Assembly: GCA_023898505.1 (NCBI GenBank)
Contig: CP060226.1
Coordinates: 159,420-191,419 of the forward strand
Length of the DNA: 32,000 nucleotides
Direction: 5' to 3'
Origin: Candidatus Peribacteria bacterium
GTDB taxonomy: Bacteria > Patescibacteriota > Gracilibacteria > BD1-5 > UBA6164
A program made the translations under genes and the position numbers. Below are positions 21,206-31,936 of this stretch, piece by piece; position 1 is the stretch's first letter; the number at the start of each line of letters is the position of its first letter. The notes under the pieces are model-generated. The model had not been told where the DNA came from, searched no databases, and worked only from the letters and a program-made list of their open reading frames with translations.

Positions 21206-22201
21206 ATGTTCCAACCACTTCCTCCTCTCTTTCTCGAACGTCTGAAAAAGATCTATTCAGATGATGAACTTCAAATTATCGAATCTGGATATGCGACTCC
21301 AAAGAGAAATCCAGTTTTTCGTATCCACACAACGCAGCAAGAAAATATAGAATATACTCTTGCAGAGTTAAAAGAGAAAGAATTAAACATCAAACCGCTT
21401 TCATTTCTTAATCAGGCATATATCCTCGAAAATGGAACCGAAAAAGATCTTTGGGACCTTCAGTGCTATACGAACGGATGGATTTATCTCCAAGGAATTA
21501 CGAGCCAGATACCTGTAAATCTCCTGAAGAATTATTTAGAGACAGAAAATCTTTCAAAAGATAATTTGAAGATTATTGATTTAGCCGCAGCTCCAGGGGG
21601 AAAAACCTCACAGCTGGCGACACTCGGAACAGAAAATCACATCATTGCGTCCGAGCTTTCGACGATTCGCGCAGAAAAACTGAGATACAATCTCAAGAAA
21701 CTCTGAGTTGAAGATATCGAAATAGTTACCGGAGATGCTCGTCAGAGTCTTACTCATCTCCCAGATGACTCTATCGATATCCTTCTTTTTGATGCCCCCT
21801 GTAGCGGTGAAGGGATTATCAACTATACTCGAGAGAAAAGTTATGATGGTTGGGATATCCGCCACATCAAGAAAAACTATCTCCTTCAGCGTGATATCCT
21901 CAGAAATAACTTGAGGCTCTTAAAACCAGGAGGTATCCTCCTCTACTCTACCTGTACACTCGCTCCCGAAGAAAACGAAGGCATTCTCCACTTTTTACTC
22001 TGCAACTATCCAGAGTTACAGATGATAGATATTTCCTCATATTCACGTCTCCTAGAAGGAGAGGGGTTAGGAGTGAGGTCAAAACCATGAGTCACACAGT
22101 TTTGAGATACTGTTTATAAAAAAGAAGTATCCAAAGGTATGAGGATACTTCCAAGTAGTCAAAATGAAGGATTTTTTATTGGGATGTTTAGGAGGGATTA
22201 G
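21206..22201 (+). CDS. NOL1/NOP2/Sun-family rRNA (cytosine-C5) methyltransferase
   Basis: DLAAAPGGKTSQL (SAM motif I), FDAPCSGEG and YSTCTLAPEENE. Three in-frame TGA. TAG stop at 22199..22201. Confidence 0.8.
22048..22080. repeat. GC-rich palindromic element copy A, inside the rRNA methyltransferase CDS
   Basis: TCTCCT-AGA-AGGAGA hairpin followed by GGGGTTAGGAGTGAGGTC. 24 of 26 nt match 23653..23678 in the same plus-strand orientation. Confidence 0.6.
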
Positions 22202-23178
22202 TTATTTACTATCATTGCTAACCTCCTGTCTTGTGCAGTATTTGAAGAACAATGTTTTCATAAATATAATCTTGCCTCCGCTCTTGTAAATTTTAAAACT
22301 TGTCTTAAGTTTTTATAAGATGGGTGACTTTCTCAAATCATTTCAAACCCATTATCCTTATAATACGTTCCTATTTTCTTTAATATACTTTGAGCATGGG
22401 TATACAATCTAAAAGATGGCCACTTATTATTTGGATTTGTCGTATCTACTGGAGAATGGTTCGTATATCTCTTAAATACTCATTCTAACTTAAATACATC
22501 TCTGATTAGGGTTCTCAAATCTAAATTTCATTTTCAAGGGTTCCCATTTGGTTTATAATATTTTTCTTTTTTTAATTTTGGATATTGAATAAAAAAGTTA
22601 GCAAATAAGCTATCAAAGTATTCAACAGGGAGTTCAAAATCTCGACCAGCCATTGGTCACATATAAAAACTTGCGCTTGGTTTTGTTCATAGTACCTTTC
22701 ATGTTTCATTCAAAATAGGTAAATCTTCGAAGGTAATTCAAAGATTTCATAATTCTCTCATGATATTTGTAATGATCCCATTTGCTACTCATTTATATCA
22801 AGCATGAAATAATCCTATGGTATTACCATCTTGAGTTGAGAATGCAATATTAGCACAATCTGCTACTCATAATATAAGTGATACCTTTGTTTTTACTTCA
22901 GATATGGGAGTTCCGTTTAAGCCAGTAATAATTATACCATCAGTTCAAGGATTCAATAATGTGATATCATCCATATTCTGTATCTCCGATGCGTTTATGA
23001 CTTGAATATTTGGAGTAAATTGTGAACCATCAATTGCAATAATCTTTCTTTTACTATCTCTAAGTTGTAAGGCTTGTAAAATACGATAAGTTGTTTCTCA
23101 GATAGAAAAAGAACAGGGAAATACATCTCATACTACCTTTACTACTGCAGATCATAGAGAACGCTTTATCTCGTTCAT
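22198..23178 (-). CDS. YfiH/PgeF (DUF152, Cu-oxidase_4) family protein with C-terminal extension
   Basis: No ORF appears in the standard-code track. Coordinate-by-coordinate translation gives 981 nt from ATG 23178 to TAA 22198 with 17 in-frame TGA. Contains GVADCANIAF (ADC), GLFHA[TGA]YK[TGA]VANGI (HAGWRG-like) and GPMAGRDFELPVEY. Confidence 0.6.
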
Positions 23179-23237
23179 ATATACAATATAATTAAGAATT
23201 ACTACTGTATATAATTAAATATATTATTTTGTCAACT

Positions 23238-24344
23238 CTAATTACTAAACTTAAAGAGCATCACATCTCCATCTTGCACGATATATTCCTTTCCTTCGAG
23301 GCGTACTTTCCCGACTTCACGAGCTTTTGACCAACCTCCAGCAGTAACGAGGTCTTCCCACTGTACCACATCTGCCTTGATAAATCCCTTCTCAAAATCA
23401 GTATGTATCACTCCAGCAGCAACAGGAGCCGTACTTCCCTGTTTTATAGTCCAGGCTCTCACTTCTTTTTCTCCTGCGGTAAAATAATACTGTAATCCAA
23501 GCGCATCATAACTGGCTTTTATAAGGTTATCAAGCCCTGTAGTAATAAGTCCCATATCTTCTAAAAACTCTTTTCTTTCTTCTGGAGTCATCTCGATCAT
23601 ATCGGCCTCAAGTTTTGCGCAAATAGGTACAACGCGTATTCCCCTCGCCTCCGAAGGAGCGGGGTTAGGGGTGAGGTCTAATAATTTTATGAGTTCATCT
23701 TCGTGCATATCCATCATATCTTCACTGACATTACAGGCGTAGACAAAACGTTTATTTGTGAGAAGATGAAGATCCTGCATATGTTCTTGTTCATCTTCAG
23801 TAAGTCCAAGCGTAGAAACAAGTTTTCACTCATTGAGTCCTTGAAATACCTTTTCATAGGTTTTTTGTGCTTCAGCACACTGTTTATCTGATTTTGCTTT
23901 TTTTGCATTACTGATCATACGTTTTTCGAGAGTATCGACGTCTGCCAAGATGAGTTCTGAGTTAATCACTTCGATATCGGTTTTTGGATTTACTTCGCCA
24001 TGCACATGGGTGATATCTCCATCTTCAAAGAGACGAACAACTTGGAGGATAGCATCAGCTTCACGGATATTTGCTAAAAACTTATTTCCAAGTCCTTCCC
24101 CCTGGCTCGCACCTTTTACTATCCCCGCAATATCGATAAATTCACAGCTCGCAGGAATCACTTTTTGCCCATTTACGGCAGCACGGATCTTCTCAAGTCG
24201 AGCATCGTTGACGTTTACAATTCCGACATTGGGTTCTATGGTACAAAAGGGGAAGTTTTGTGCATCAGCACTATAGTTACGAGTCAGAGCATTAAAGAGT
24301 GTTGATTTCCCAACATTTGGCAGTCCAACGATTCCGATTTTCAT
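23238..24344 (-). CDS. ychF: ribosome-binding ATPase YchF (Obg-like)
   Basis: [21 protein letters not shown] start at ATG 24344; the track start at 24410 is upstream and unlikely. One in-frame TGA at 23826. C-terminal TGS-like [25 protein letters not shown] stop. Confidence 0.92.
23641..23678. repeat. GC-rich palindromic element copy B, inside the ychF CDS
   Basis: CCCCTCGCCTCC-GAA-GGAGCGGGG hairpin followed by TTAGGGGTGAGGTC. Translated on the minus strand it gives [13 protein letters not shown] within a variable loop of YchF. Confidence 0.6.
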
Positions 24345-24396
24345 AGTATCTATTTTCAAAAAGTAAAATCCGAGCGAGATTATAAGCAAAAGCAGT

Positions 24397-24424
24397 AAAA
24401 AAGAAAGCAAATGCTTTCTTTTTT
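24397..24424. terminator. bidirectional rho-independent terminator
   Basis: 13-bp palindrome AAAAAAGAAAGCA-AA-TGCTTTCTTTTTT between the stop of gene 24435..25331 and the ychF start region. Confidence 0.7.
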
Positions 24425-24434
24425 AATGACAGAG

Positions 24435-25331
24435 TTATATTACTTTTCTTGGATTAATAGTTTCTCTATAATTCATTGATACTCCGTGAACTCAAATCTT
24501 AATATTTCGATTTTCTGTGTCAGCATCTGGGTTCATGGAATGAACTTCCCCGGTACTTCATATTCAGAGATTATATACTAGTCCATGGGAATATCTCTCA
24601 TGTATGTTGGTAGGAGAGAATCGTGTATGTGATACTTGTCTTCCCTCCTTTGATAATCCATTGGGGATAATAAGTAAGCTTTCTTCTCATTTATTTGGAT
24701 AAATGTGGCTTATATCTCTTGCATGGGTGAGTATAAATCTTTTTGTAAATCTTTCTCTTACTTCGATTAATGCAGTTCTTTCCTTCTCAGGAAGTCATCT
24801 ATGGACAAAACATATATTGAGCATATTTGTCCAAAATCATAGTGATTGTTCTGAGGGAGCCTCTCATCATAATTCAAGAACTGTAAATATCATCTGTTTT
24901 ACTTCTCTAAATGCATCTGGGTATCTTTCTTCAAAATGGCTTTCAGTAATGTATTCTTTACATGCCTGATCTGAAATGGGAGTGTCAACACAGATGGTTG
25001 GAATATTACTATAATTATCAATAGGTGAATATAATCATGTGAGTACTTGATATGCTGATTCAGGTCTATCTGGAGAGTCTATGTGTATGCCAAGATTTTT
25101 TAGTCGAGTAGTAGAGTTGAAAACATAACTACAAACTGCTTCTATAATTCTTCTTGTTTTTTCGTTAATGTATTTAGATATAAATTTTACTCCATGTAAA
25201 TTTCATTCTTTAATTGCTTGTTCTAAGTCTAATAAATTTCCCCATTCAATAAAGCTAATGATATCATCAACTTCAAATTGAGGTATCCTCGTCTCAGAAT
25301 GTTGAGAAAAAAGACTTTCTACAACCGACAT
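24435..25331 (-). CDS. hypothetical protein (298 aa), UGA-rich
   Basis: 897 nt from ATG 25331 to TAA 24435 with about 10 in-frame TGA. It is invisible in the standard-code track, where the only ORF (24703..24969, plus strand) is antisense. No recognisable motif. Confidence 0.55.
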
Positions 25332-25403
25332 TATCTTTAACAGATTAGTTATATTCTCATGTATTATATCATAGAAGAATATAAGTCAAGACCTATAAAT
25401 CGT

Positions 25404-28124
25404 TTAAGTTGATAACCATTCTAACTTCTCTTCCAACTTCTTCAGCTTCTCCCCTGCTTGAGATTTCTTTTCCATCTCAGCACGCACGAGGTTTTGTGGT
25501 GCACGCTTTACAAAACTTTCATTGAGGAGCTTTTTATCCAGGATAGCGATATACTCCTTGGTATCGGTGATTTGTTCCTTGAGTCTTTCTTTTTCTTTTT
25601 CTACGTCCAGAGCATTTGCTGTATCGATATACACTTCTACTCCTGCTTTTACAACTCCATACGCAAAATCTCCCTGTAATGGTTTATTATCAATGAGCTC
25701 ATAACTATCAGCTTTTACGATTCCAGCGATCAGTGCTAGCACCTCCTCTAGCATCTCTTTATTCTTTGGAGATGCGTAAATCTGAAGTCCCACTGTTTTG
25801 CTTGGAGGAATATTGTTTTCTGCCCTCAGATTACGGATCGTACGAATCGTATCAATAATCACTTGCTTCCCCTTTTCTACTTCTTCATCTCGAGGGAAAA
25901 GCACTCTCGCATACTCTTGTTCGATCAAATCTCCAGTAAATCCAAGGCGAGTATAAATCTCAGCGGTTACAAATGGGATATACGGATGCCAGAGTTTTAA
26001 GAGCTTATTCATTGTGTAGAGCATTACCTGTTCTCCATACTTTGAAGCCTCTTTTGTGAGTTTAAACTCTTCGATGTAGTAATCACAAAATTCATTTTTC
26101 GTAAATGCTTGAAGCTCAATTCCTGCCTCGGAAAAGTTATACTCTTCCATGGCATCTGTTACCATATCTGAAAGATAACGGATACGAGAAAGAATCCACT
26201 TTTCATGATACATGAGTTTATCATAATTCTTCAATAAGTCCTTTTCAATCGTGCTAATATCATCGCTCCTTCCATTAGTAGTAAGGGAAGGTTGGGATGG
26301 GTTATTACTCGTTAAATTCGTAAAAACAAAACGTGAGGCATTCCACAGCTTATTGATAAACAATTTGTTATTTACCACATTTTCCTCATCAAATTTCAGA
26401 TCATTTCCGGGAGTGTTTCCTACAGAAAGTGTAAGTCTCAAAGCATCGGTTCCGTGAGCTTCGATCATATCGATCGGATCCACTCCGTTTCAAGTAGATT
26501 TACTCATCTTTCTTCCGAGTTTATCACGTACCAGTCCATGGAGATACACCTGTTGAAATGGAGTTTGTCCCGTAAATTCATACCCAAAAAGTAGCATACG
26601 AATCACCCAGAAGAAAATGATATCGTGTCCGGTTTCAAGTACTTGTGCTGGATAAAACTGTTCAAACATCTCAGATTGTTTTTCTGCCCCGATATCATAA
26701 TCAAGGATAACAAATGGCCAAAGTGCTGATGAAAACCAGGTGTCAAGCGCATCTGGATCTCTCGTAAGGGTAACAGTATCGGTTTTAAGTTTCTTTTTTG
26801 CTTGTTCTTGAGCCTCTTCTTCGGTTGTCGCACAGTAGATATTATTATCTTCATCATACCATACGGGAATCTGATGTCCCCAGATAAGCTGACGAGAAAT
26901 ACACCAATCTCTCAAGTTAAAAATCCAGTCTTCAAACGTCTTACTATAGCGCTTTGGAATAATCTCAAACTCTTTTGCTTTATATCCCTTGATGACTTTT
27001 TTTACAATAGGTTCTATCTTTACAAACCACTGCGTAGAAATAATTGTCTCGATTTTTGCATGACTTCTTTCTCCATATCCGACACGAGATGTGTGCGGTT
27101 CTATCTTGATAAGATTTCCCTTTGCTTTGAGAAGCTCTACGATATTTTCTCTTGCAGTCATAAAATCCTGTCCGGCAAATATCCCTGCTACACTCGTCAT
27201 CCTTCCATCCTTTCCGAGGACCACTTTATCCATTGGAAGATCGTGACGTTTTGCTACTTCGAAATCATTTGGATCATGGGCTGGAGTGATTTTTACTGCT
27301 CCGGTACCAAACTCCATATCTACCATCTCGTCGGCAATAATCGGGATTTCTTTGTTTACAATTGGGAGGATAAGTTTCTTTCCTGCTTTGAGAAGTTTTT
27401 TATAGCGCTTATCTTTTGGGTGAACGGCAACCGCCACATCCCCAAGCATCGTCTCTGGTCTCGTTGTCGCTACCACGATTTCATTGTCTGAACCCGATAC
27501 AAAATACGTAATATGGTACAAGTGTCCTGGTTCATCACGATACACTACTTCTTGATCGGATACTACGGTATTTAATACGGGATCATAGTTTACCATGTAC
27601 TCTCCACGGTAAATGAGTCCTTTGTTGTATAAGTCTACAAAGGCTTTTGATACTTGGTCATTCAATGCCCCTTCAAAAGTAAAGCGTTCTCTTGACCAGT
27701 CACAACTTGTTCCCATTCTACGAAATTGCTGCTGGATAATTCCTCCATACAAATTATTCCAATCCCAACACTCTTTGAGGAAATCTTCACGGCTCATCGT
27801 ATGTTTTGATTTTCACTCTTTTGCGAGTTTTTCTTCTACTTTTACTTGGGTAGAAATACCAGCATGATCGGTACCAGGAATCATAATAGTCCTATCCCCC
27901 TTCATACGGTGATAGCGAGTCATGATGTCTTCAAGGGTCAGCATTACACTGTGCCCGATATGAAGTTTTGAAGTTACATTTGGAGGAGGCATTGGGATGT
28001 AGTAGGTATTTCCCGTAGTACTCTCTTTTGGTTTAAATTTTCAGTTTTTTTCCCAAGTAGTATAGAGTTTCATTTCAAAGTCCGAGGGATTGTATTTTTT
28101 TGGAAATTCGTTAGTCATAGTCAT
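25404..28124 (-). CDS. valS: valyl-tRNA synthetase
   Basis: 2721 nt from ATG 28124. Contains PPPNVTSKLHIGH (HIGH), DWCISRQLIWGHQIP and KMSKST[TGA]NG (26490..26492). Three in-frame TGA join the track pieces. C-terminal coiled coil. Confidence 0.95.
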
Positions 28125-28202
28125 TTAGATGAAAAATATAAATTTAAAAGATATTTCTAAATGACTCGCACGGTGTGATACGACATATCAATGGGTTAGG
28201 CG

Positions 28203-28229
28203 ATAAAAATCAGCAGTAGTATACTGCTG
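28203..28229 (-). terminator. rho-independent terminator downstream of the surface-protein gene
   Basis: 8-bp stem CAGCAGTA / TACTGCTG (28211..28229), followed on the minus strand by ATTTTTAT. Confidence 0.6.
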
Positions 28230-28303
28230 AGATGAATTTTTCAAAATTTGTTTTTCTGGAATCTCTCATCTATATTGACAGATAAGAATCATTGTATCAA
28301 TAC

Positions 28304-29221
28304 CTAATTTCTTACACAAGAACTAAAAATAATATGAGTTCAAAGGTTGAAATCTAAAAGATTTGAAAATGTATATCAACTTGGGCAAGTAACATGTACC
28401 GCCATACCATTACAGCTTGCCTTCTCAATCCATCAAACCCCTTCTTGATACATACTCCCTCCGCAAAGCGTGCCTGTTGTAATTCACTCTCACCAACTCG
28501 CTAATCAGTTTGCATCTGAAGTTAGTACTTTCTTTACCCCTTGAGTTCCATCAGAAATCTTTATACTTCCATTAATATCTAACTTTGCTGCAGGAGAAGT
28601 AGTCCCAATTCCGACATTTCCATTCTCTCAGACATGAAATAATACATCAGTATTATTGAGGTTTGTTTTATTGTGTGAGATTTGAAATACCTCTCATATT
28701 CCTCCATCTTCACTATCTATGTTTATTGAAAGACTATGAGGAATATTGATAATACCGTTGGTTGTACCAGAAGTGCCCAGCTGAAGAGAGTAATCAACGT
28801 GAAGTCGAGCATTTGGACTAGAAGTTCCAATCCCAACATTTCCATCTCCATCAATAAGTAGATTGCCATTGAGTTGTAAATCTTTATAGGTACCAGCATC
28901 TCTATCATATGCTAAGATTTGTCCATTATCCCAAGTGGTATGATATCCTACCTCAACTGATTTTCATGTAGCTGGCCATGTTAAATTTGTAGATCGTATC
29001 ATACCATCTACATGAAGTTTGGTCTGTGGGGAAGTCGTCCCAATCCCAACATTACTCCCACTACTATAGACATTTCCTACTTTATCTACGAGTTCGTTCC
29101 ACTTGGTGTAATCAAGCGTATCTCCATCGCTCGCCGTGAGCCCAGACCAAGCAAAGAGGACTCAGTAGCCAAGTGTTACAAAAAGAAGCCCTGTAACAAT
29201 TCAAAGAAGATAGTGTTTCAT
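28304..29221 (-). CDS. membrane-anchored surface protein with three tail-fibre-like GNVGIGT(T/S)SP..(K/R)LxV repeats
   Basis: 918 nt from ATG 29221 to TAG 28304. The frame was verified at four points, with about 13 in-frame TGA. N-terminal hydrophobic segment. Repeats are SNVGIGTTSPQTKLHVDG, GNVGIGTSSPNARLHVD and GNVGIGTTSPAAKLDING. C-terminal VLTSDANGLASW and a Cys-containing tail. Confidence 0.7.
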
Positions 29222-29236
29222 AGGAAAGAACTAAAA

Positions 29237-29270
29237 AAATAGATACCTGTAAGTATACAGGTATCTATTT
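29237..29270. terminator. 14-bp-stem palindromic terminator
   Basis: AAATAGATACCTGT / ACAGGTATCTATTT flanked by A and T runs, between the 29289..29606 gene and the surface-protein start. Confidence 0.65.
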
Positions 29271-29288
29271 TAAATCAATATTTTTATA

Positions 29289-29606
29289 TTATACTACTGG
29301 AGCATGATACATATCTGCGTCAGAAGCCATCTCAAGAAGGTTGATTTTGATTTTTACCATTTCTCTTGAATTCAGTTCTGCAATTTTTAGATATCCAGTT
29401 AAAAAAGTTGCTGTAATTACGAGAAGGATAAGAAGCGTTCTATGACTAATCCTCAAACTGAGATCAGCATTTTTAATATCCTTTAGGAGTTTTGTAGTAA
29501 ATCTATTTAAGACTCCTCCTTGTGGATGTTTCTTTTTTGCATGATGTTTCTGTGCTTTATGATCATGACTTTCATTTTTTGTATGTTTTGTTTTTGTATG
29601 AGACAT
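29289..29606 (-). CDS. small membrane protein with His/Lys-rich N-terminus (105 aa)
   Basis: Intact ORF with ATG start and TAA stop. N-terminus HTKTKHTKNESHDHKAQKHHAKKKH, followed by one hydrophobic helix LLILLVITATFLTGYL. Confidence 0.5.
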   Translation of the reverse strand: MSHTKTKHTKNESHDHKAQKHHAKKKHPQGGVLNRFTTKLLKDIKNADLSLRISHRTLLILLVITATFLTGYLKIAELNSREMVKIKINLLEMASDADMYHAPVV

Positions 29607-29684
29607 AATAAAAAGGTAAAGATATATGTTACCCTTCTATTATCCCATACTTTTATACGAGAGTCAAAAAATGGATGAGTTTTT

Positions 29685-31016
29685 TTAAAAATCTGCCTGG
29701 ATTTTATGTTCTATCTCTATAAATTTCTGATTGTTTTTATTAAACATAAGCTCTATTGAACCGATAGGACCATTTCTATTTTTTCTAACAAATATATCTG
29801 TCACTCCTTTTTTTTCGGTAAATTCATCATAATACTCTTCTCTATACATCATCATCACGATATCTGCATCTTGTTCGATAGACCCTGATTCTCTCAGATC
29901 TGACATCACTGGACGCTTATCTGGACGAGATTCTACCGCTCTCGAAAGCTGGGAAAGGGCAATAATTGGCACATTGAGCTCACGAGCGAGTGATTTAATC
30001 CCACGAGAAATCTCAGATACTTCTTGAACACGATTGAGAGAGTTTCCATTGGTCATCAGTTGAAGATAGTCAATCACTATCAAATCAAGTCCACTTTCCA
30101 TCTTGAGACGACGACATTTTGATTTTAAATCGATCAAGTTTCCCCCAGCGCTATCATCGATATAGATATTGGCAGCACTGAGCTTTTCCATCGCTTCACC
30201 GATCTTGGCAAATTCACTATCCTCAAGTTCTCATTTTGAGAGCTTCCAAGAATCAATCCCCATAGCTGAAGCTATCATTCTATCTGTCAGTTGTTCTTTA
30301 CTCATCTCTAGACTAAAAATCGCAACATTTTTCCCTTTAAATCCTATGTTTTGTGCGATATTGAGAGAAAAAGCGGTCTTTCACATACTTGGTCTCGCAG
30401 CAAGTACCACCATATCTCCTCCTTTGAGCCCACTGAGTTTATGGTCAAGATCTCTAAATCCTACCTGTAGTCTATGGTCAGTAATAAGGGCGGGGTTTTC
30501 ATGTATCTCTGCAAACTCTTCATAGCGCTTTAAAAGTATCTCATTGATATGTACCAACTTATTTTTGATAAATGTTTGTGTTACATTAAAGAGTGATTTC
30601 TCTGATTTTTCCAAAAGTTCATTGATCATCGTATCTTCATCATATCCACAGGCAATAATCTCATTTCCACTACGGATAAGACGACGAAGTACCGCTTTAT
30701 TCTTTACAATTTGCGCATATTCAAAGATATTGGTAGTCGTAGGTACAATTTCTGTTAATTCCGTAAGATAGGTAATGCCCCCTATCTTTTCTAGAAGCTT
30801 TTTATCGTCGAGACGTTCTTTCAGGGTGATGAGATCGATTGGCTTATTCATCTTGTACAAGCCCATCATCACCTCGTAAATCATACGATGTGATTCATCA
30901 TAAAAATCCTCATGGGTCAGTACATCGGCAATCGTGATAAATCCATCTCTATCAATCAACAGACTTCAAAGAACCGACTGTTCGGCTTCGATACTATGAG
31001 GAGGAACCTTGAGCAT
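29685..31016 (-). CDS. dnaB: replicative DNA helicase DnaB
   Basis: 1332 nt from ATG 31016. N-terminus PPHSIEAEQSVL[TGA]SLLID, Walker A AARPSM[TGA]KTAF (30381..30383), Walker B LIVIDYLQLM. Three in-frame TGA. TAA stop. Confidence 0.93.
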
Positions 31017-31059
31017 ACAAGAAGGGGTTAGGAGTTAGAATTTAGAACTTAAAGTATTT

Positions 31060-31089
31060 AAAAACAAAAGAAAACAAAGTTTAACTTTG
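31060..31089 (-). terminator. possible rho-independent terminator after the TPR gene
   Basis: On the minus strand, stem CAAAGT-TAA-ACTTTG is followed by TTTTCTTTTGTTTTT. Confidence 0.45.
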
Positions 31090-31129
31090 CCTTCTTTGTA
31101 AAATTATTGTGAAGTAAAAATGTTAAAAA

Positions 31130-31936
31130 CTACAAAATTTGTAATCTTTTTTGTATTTCTTTAGTTTTATCAATGACTTCCGTGTTATATGGCTGGAGAT
31201 TTAGTACCATATTATATACCTCAAGTGCTTCATTATTTTTTCAGAAAAACTCTAGACAGGTTCCTTTGATGAGCATCTTTTCTACATCTCTTGGCTTTTC
31301 CTTGAGATATACTTTTGCATACTTCAGAGCTCACTTATAATCTTCTATTTCAAAGTTGAGATTCGTTAGGATGTCCACAATTTCAAAATCAGCTCTATGT
31401 TTTTTATATGCTTTTTTATAGATACTAATCGCTTCAAAATATTTTTTCTGCATGGCTAAAGAAAAACCAAGACGTTTTAAAATCTCAAAATCATCCTCGA
31501 GTACATCGATGAGGTCGCGATATATATACTCTGACTTTATATAGTTTTTTTCTTTTTCATAGATATTTGCTAGTTCTATATTGAGTTCTTTATGAAACTT
31601 ATCGATAGCTAACCCTTCTACGATGAGGGCTTTTGCTGTGTCGATATACCCCTTGCTCGCGTTCATCTTTACTCGCTTGTGTATCTCGATAAGTCGCTTC
31701 AGTTTTTTATCTGTAAGTTTTGTAGCCACTCCTCTATCTTTTTTATAGTTTTCTTCTTTTCCAGAAAGACGAATCTTTTTTTGATGTTCTTTTTCTTCGA
31801 CCACAATTGGGGTTACCATCTTTTTTACATGAAAATAGGCATGATATATTTTTTCTCCAAGATAGTAGAAAATATAGCCAAGAGAAGTAAAAAACAGAAT
31901 AATTTCTAATCGAAAAAACAGGAGTCCTTCCATCAT
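31130..31936 (-). CDS. membrane-anchored TPR-repeat protein
   Basis: Extends track ORF 31331..31936 through two TGA to TAG 31130 (807 nt). N-terminal hydrophobic helix, then repeated A..Y..A helical-pair (TPR-like) periodicity. Confidence 0.65.

Noticed and set aside
24703-24969. Plus-strand 88-aa track ORF.
   Set aside because: It is antisense to the recoded 298-aa minus-strand gene 24435..25331. The long plus-strand ORFs inside valS (for example 26802..27491) and the short ORFs inside gltX, dnaB, uppS and the methyltransferase are treated the same way, as antisense or out-of-frame artefacts.
31021-31035. Third, partial copy of the GGGGTTAGGAGT element directly upstream of the dnaB start.
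   Set aside because: The match is only about 12 to 15 nt with no hairpin arm. It is too short to call independently and is mentioned under the repeat finding only.
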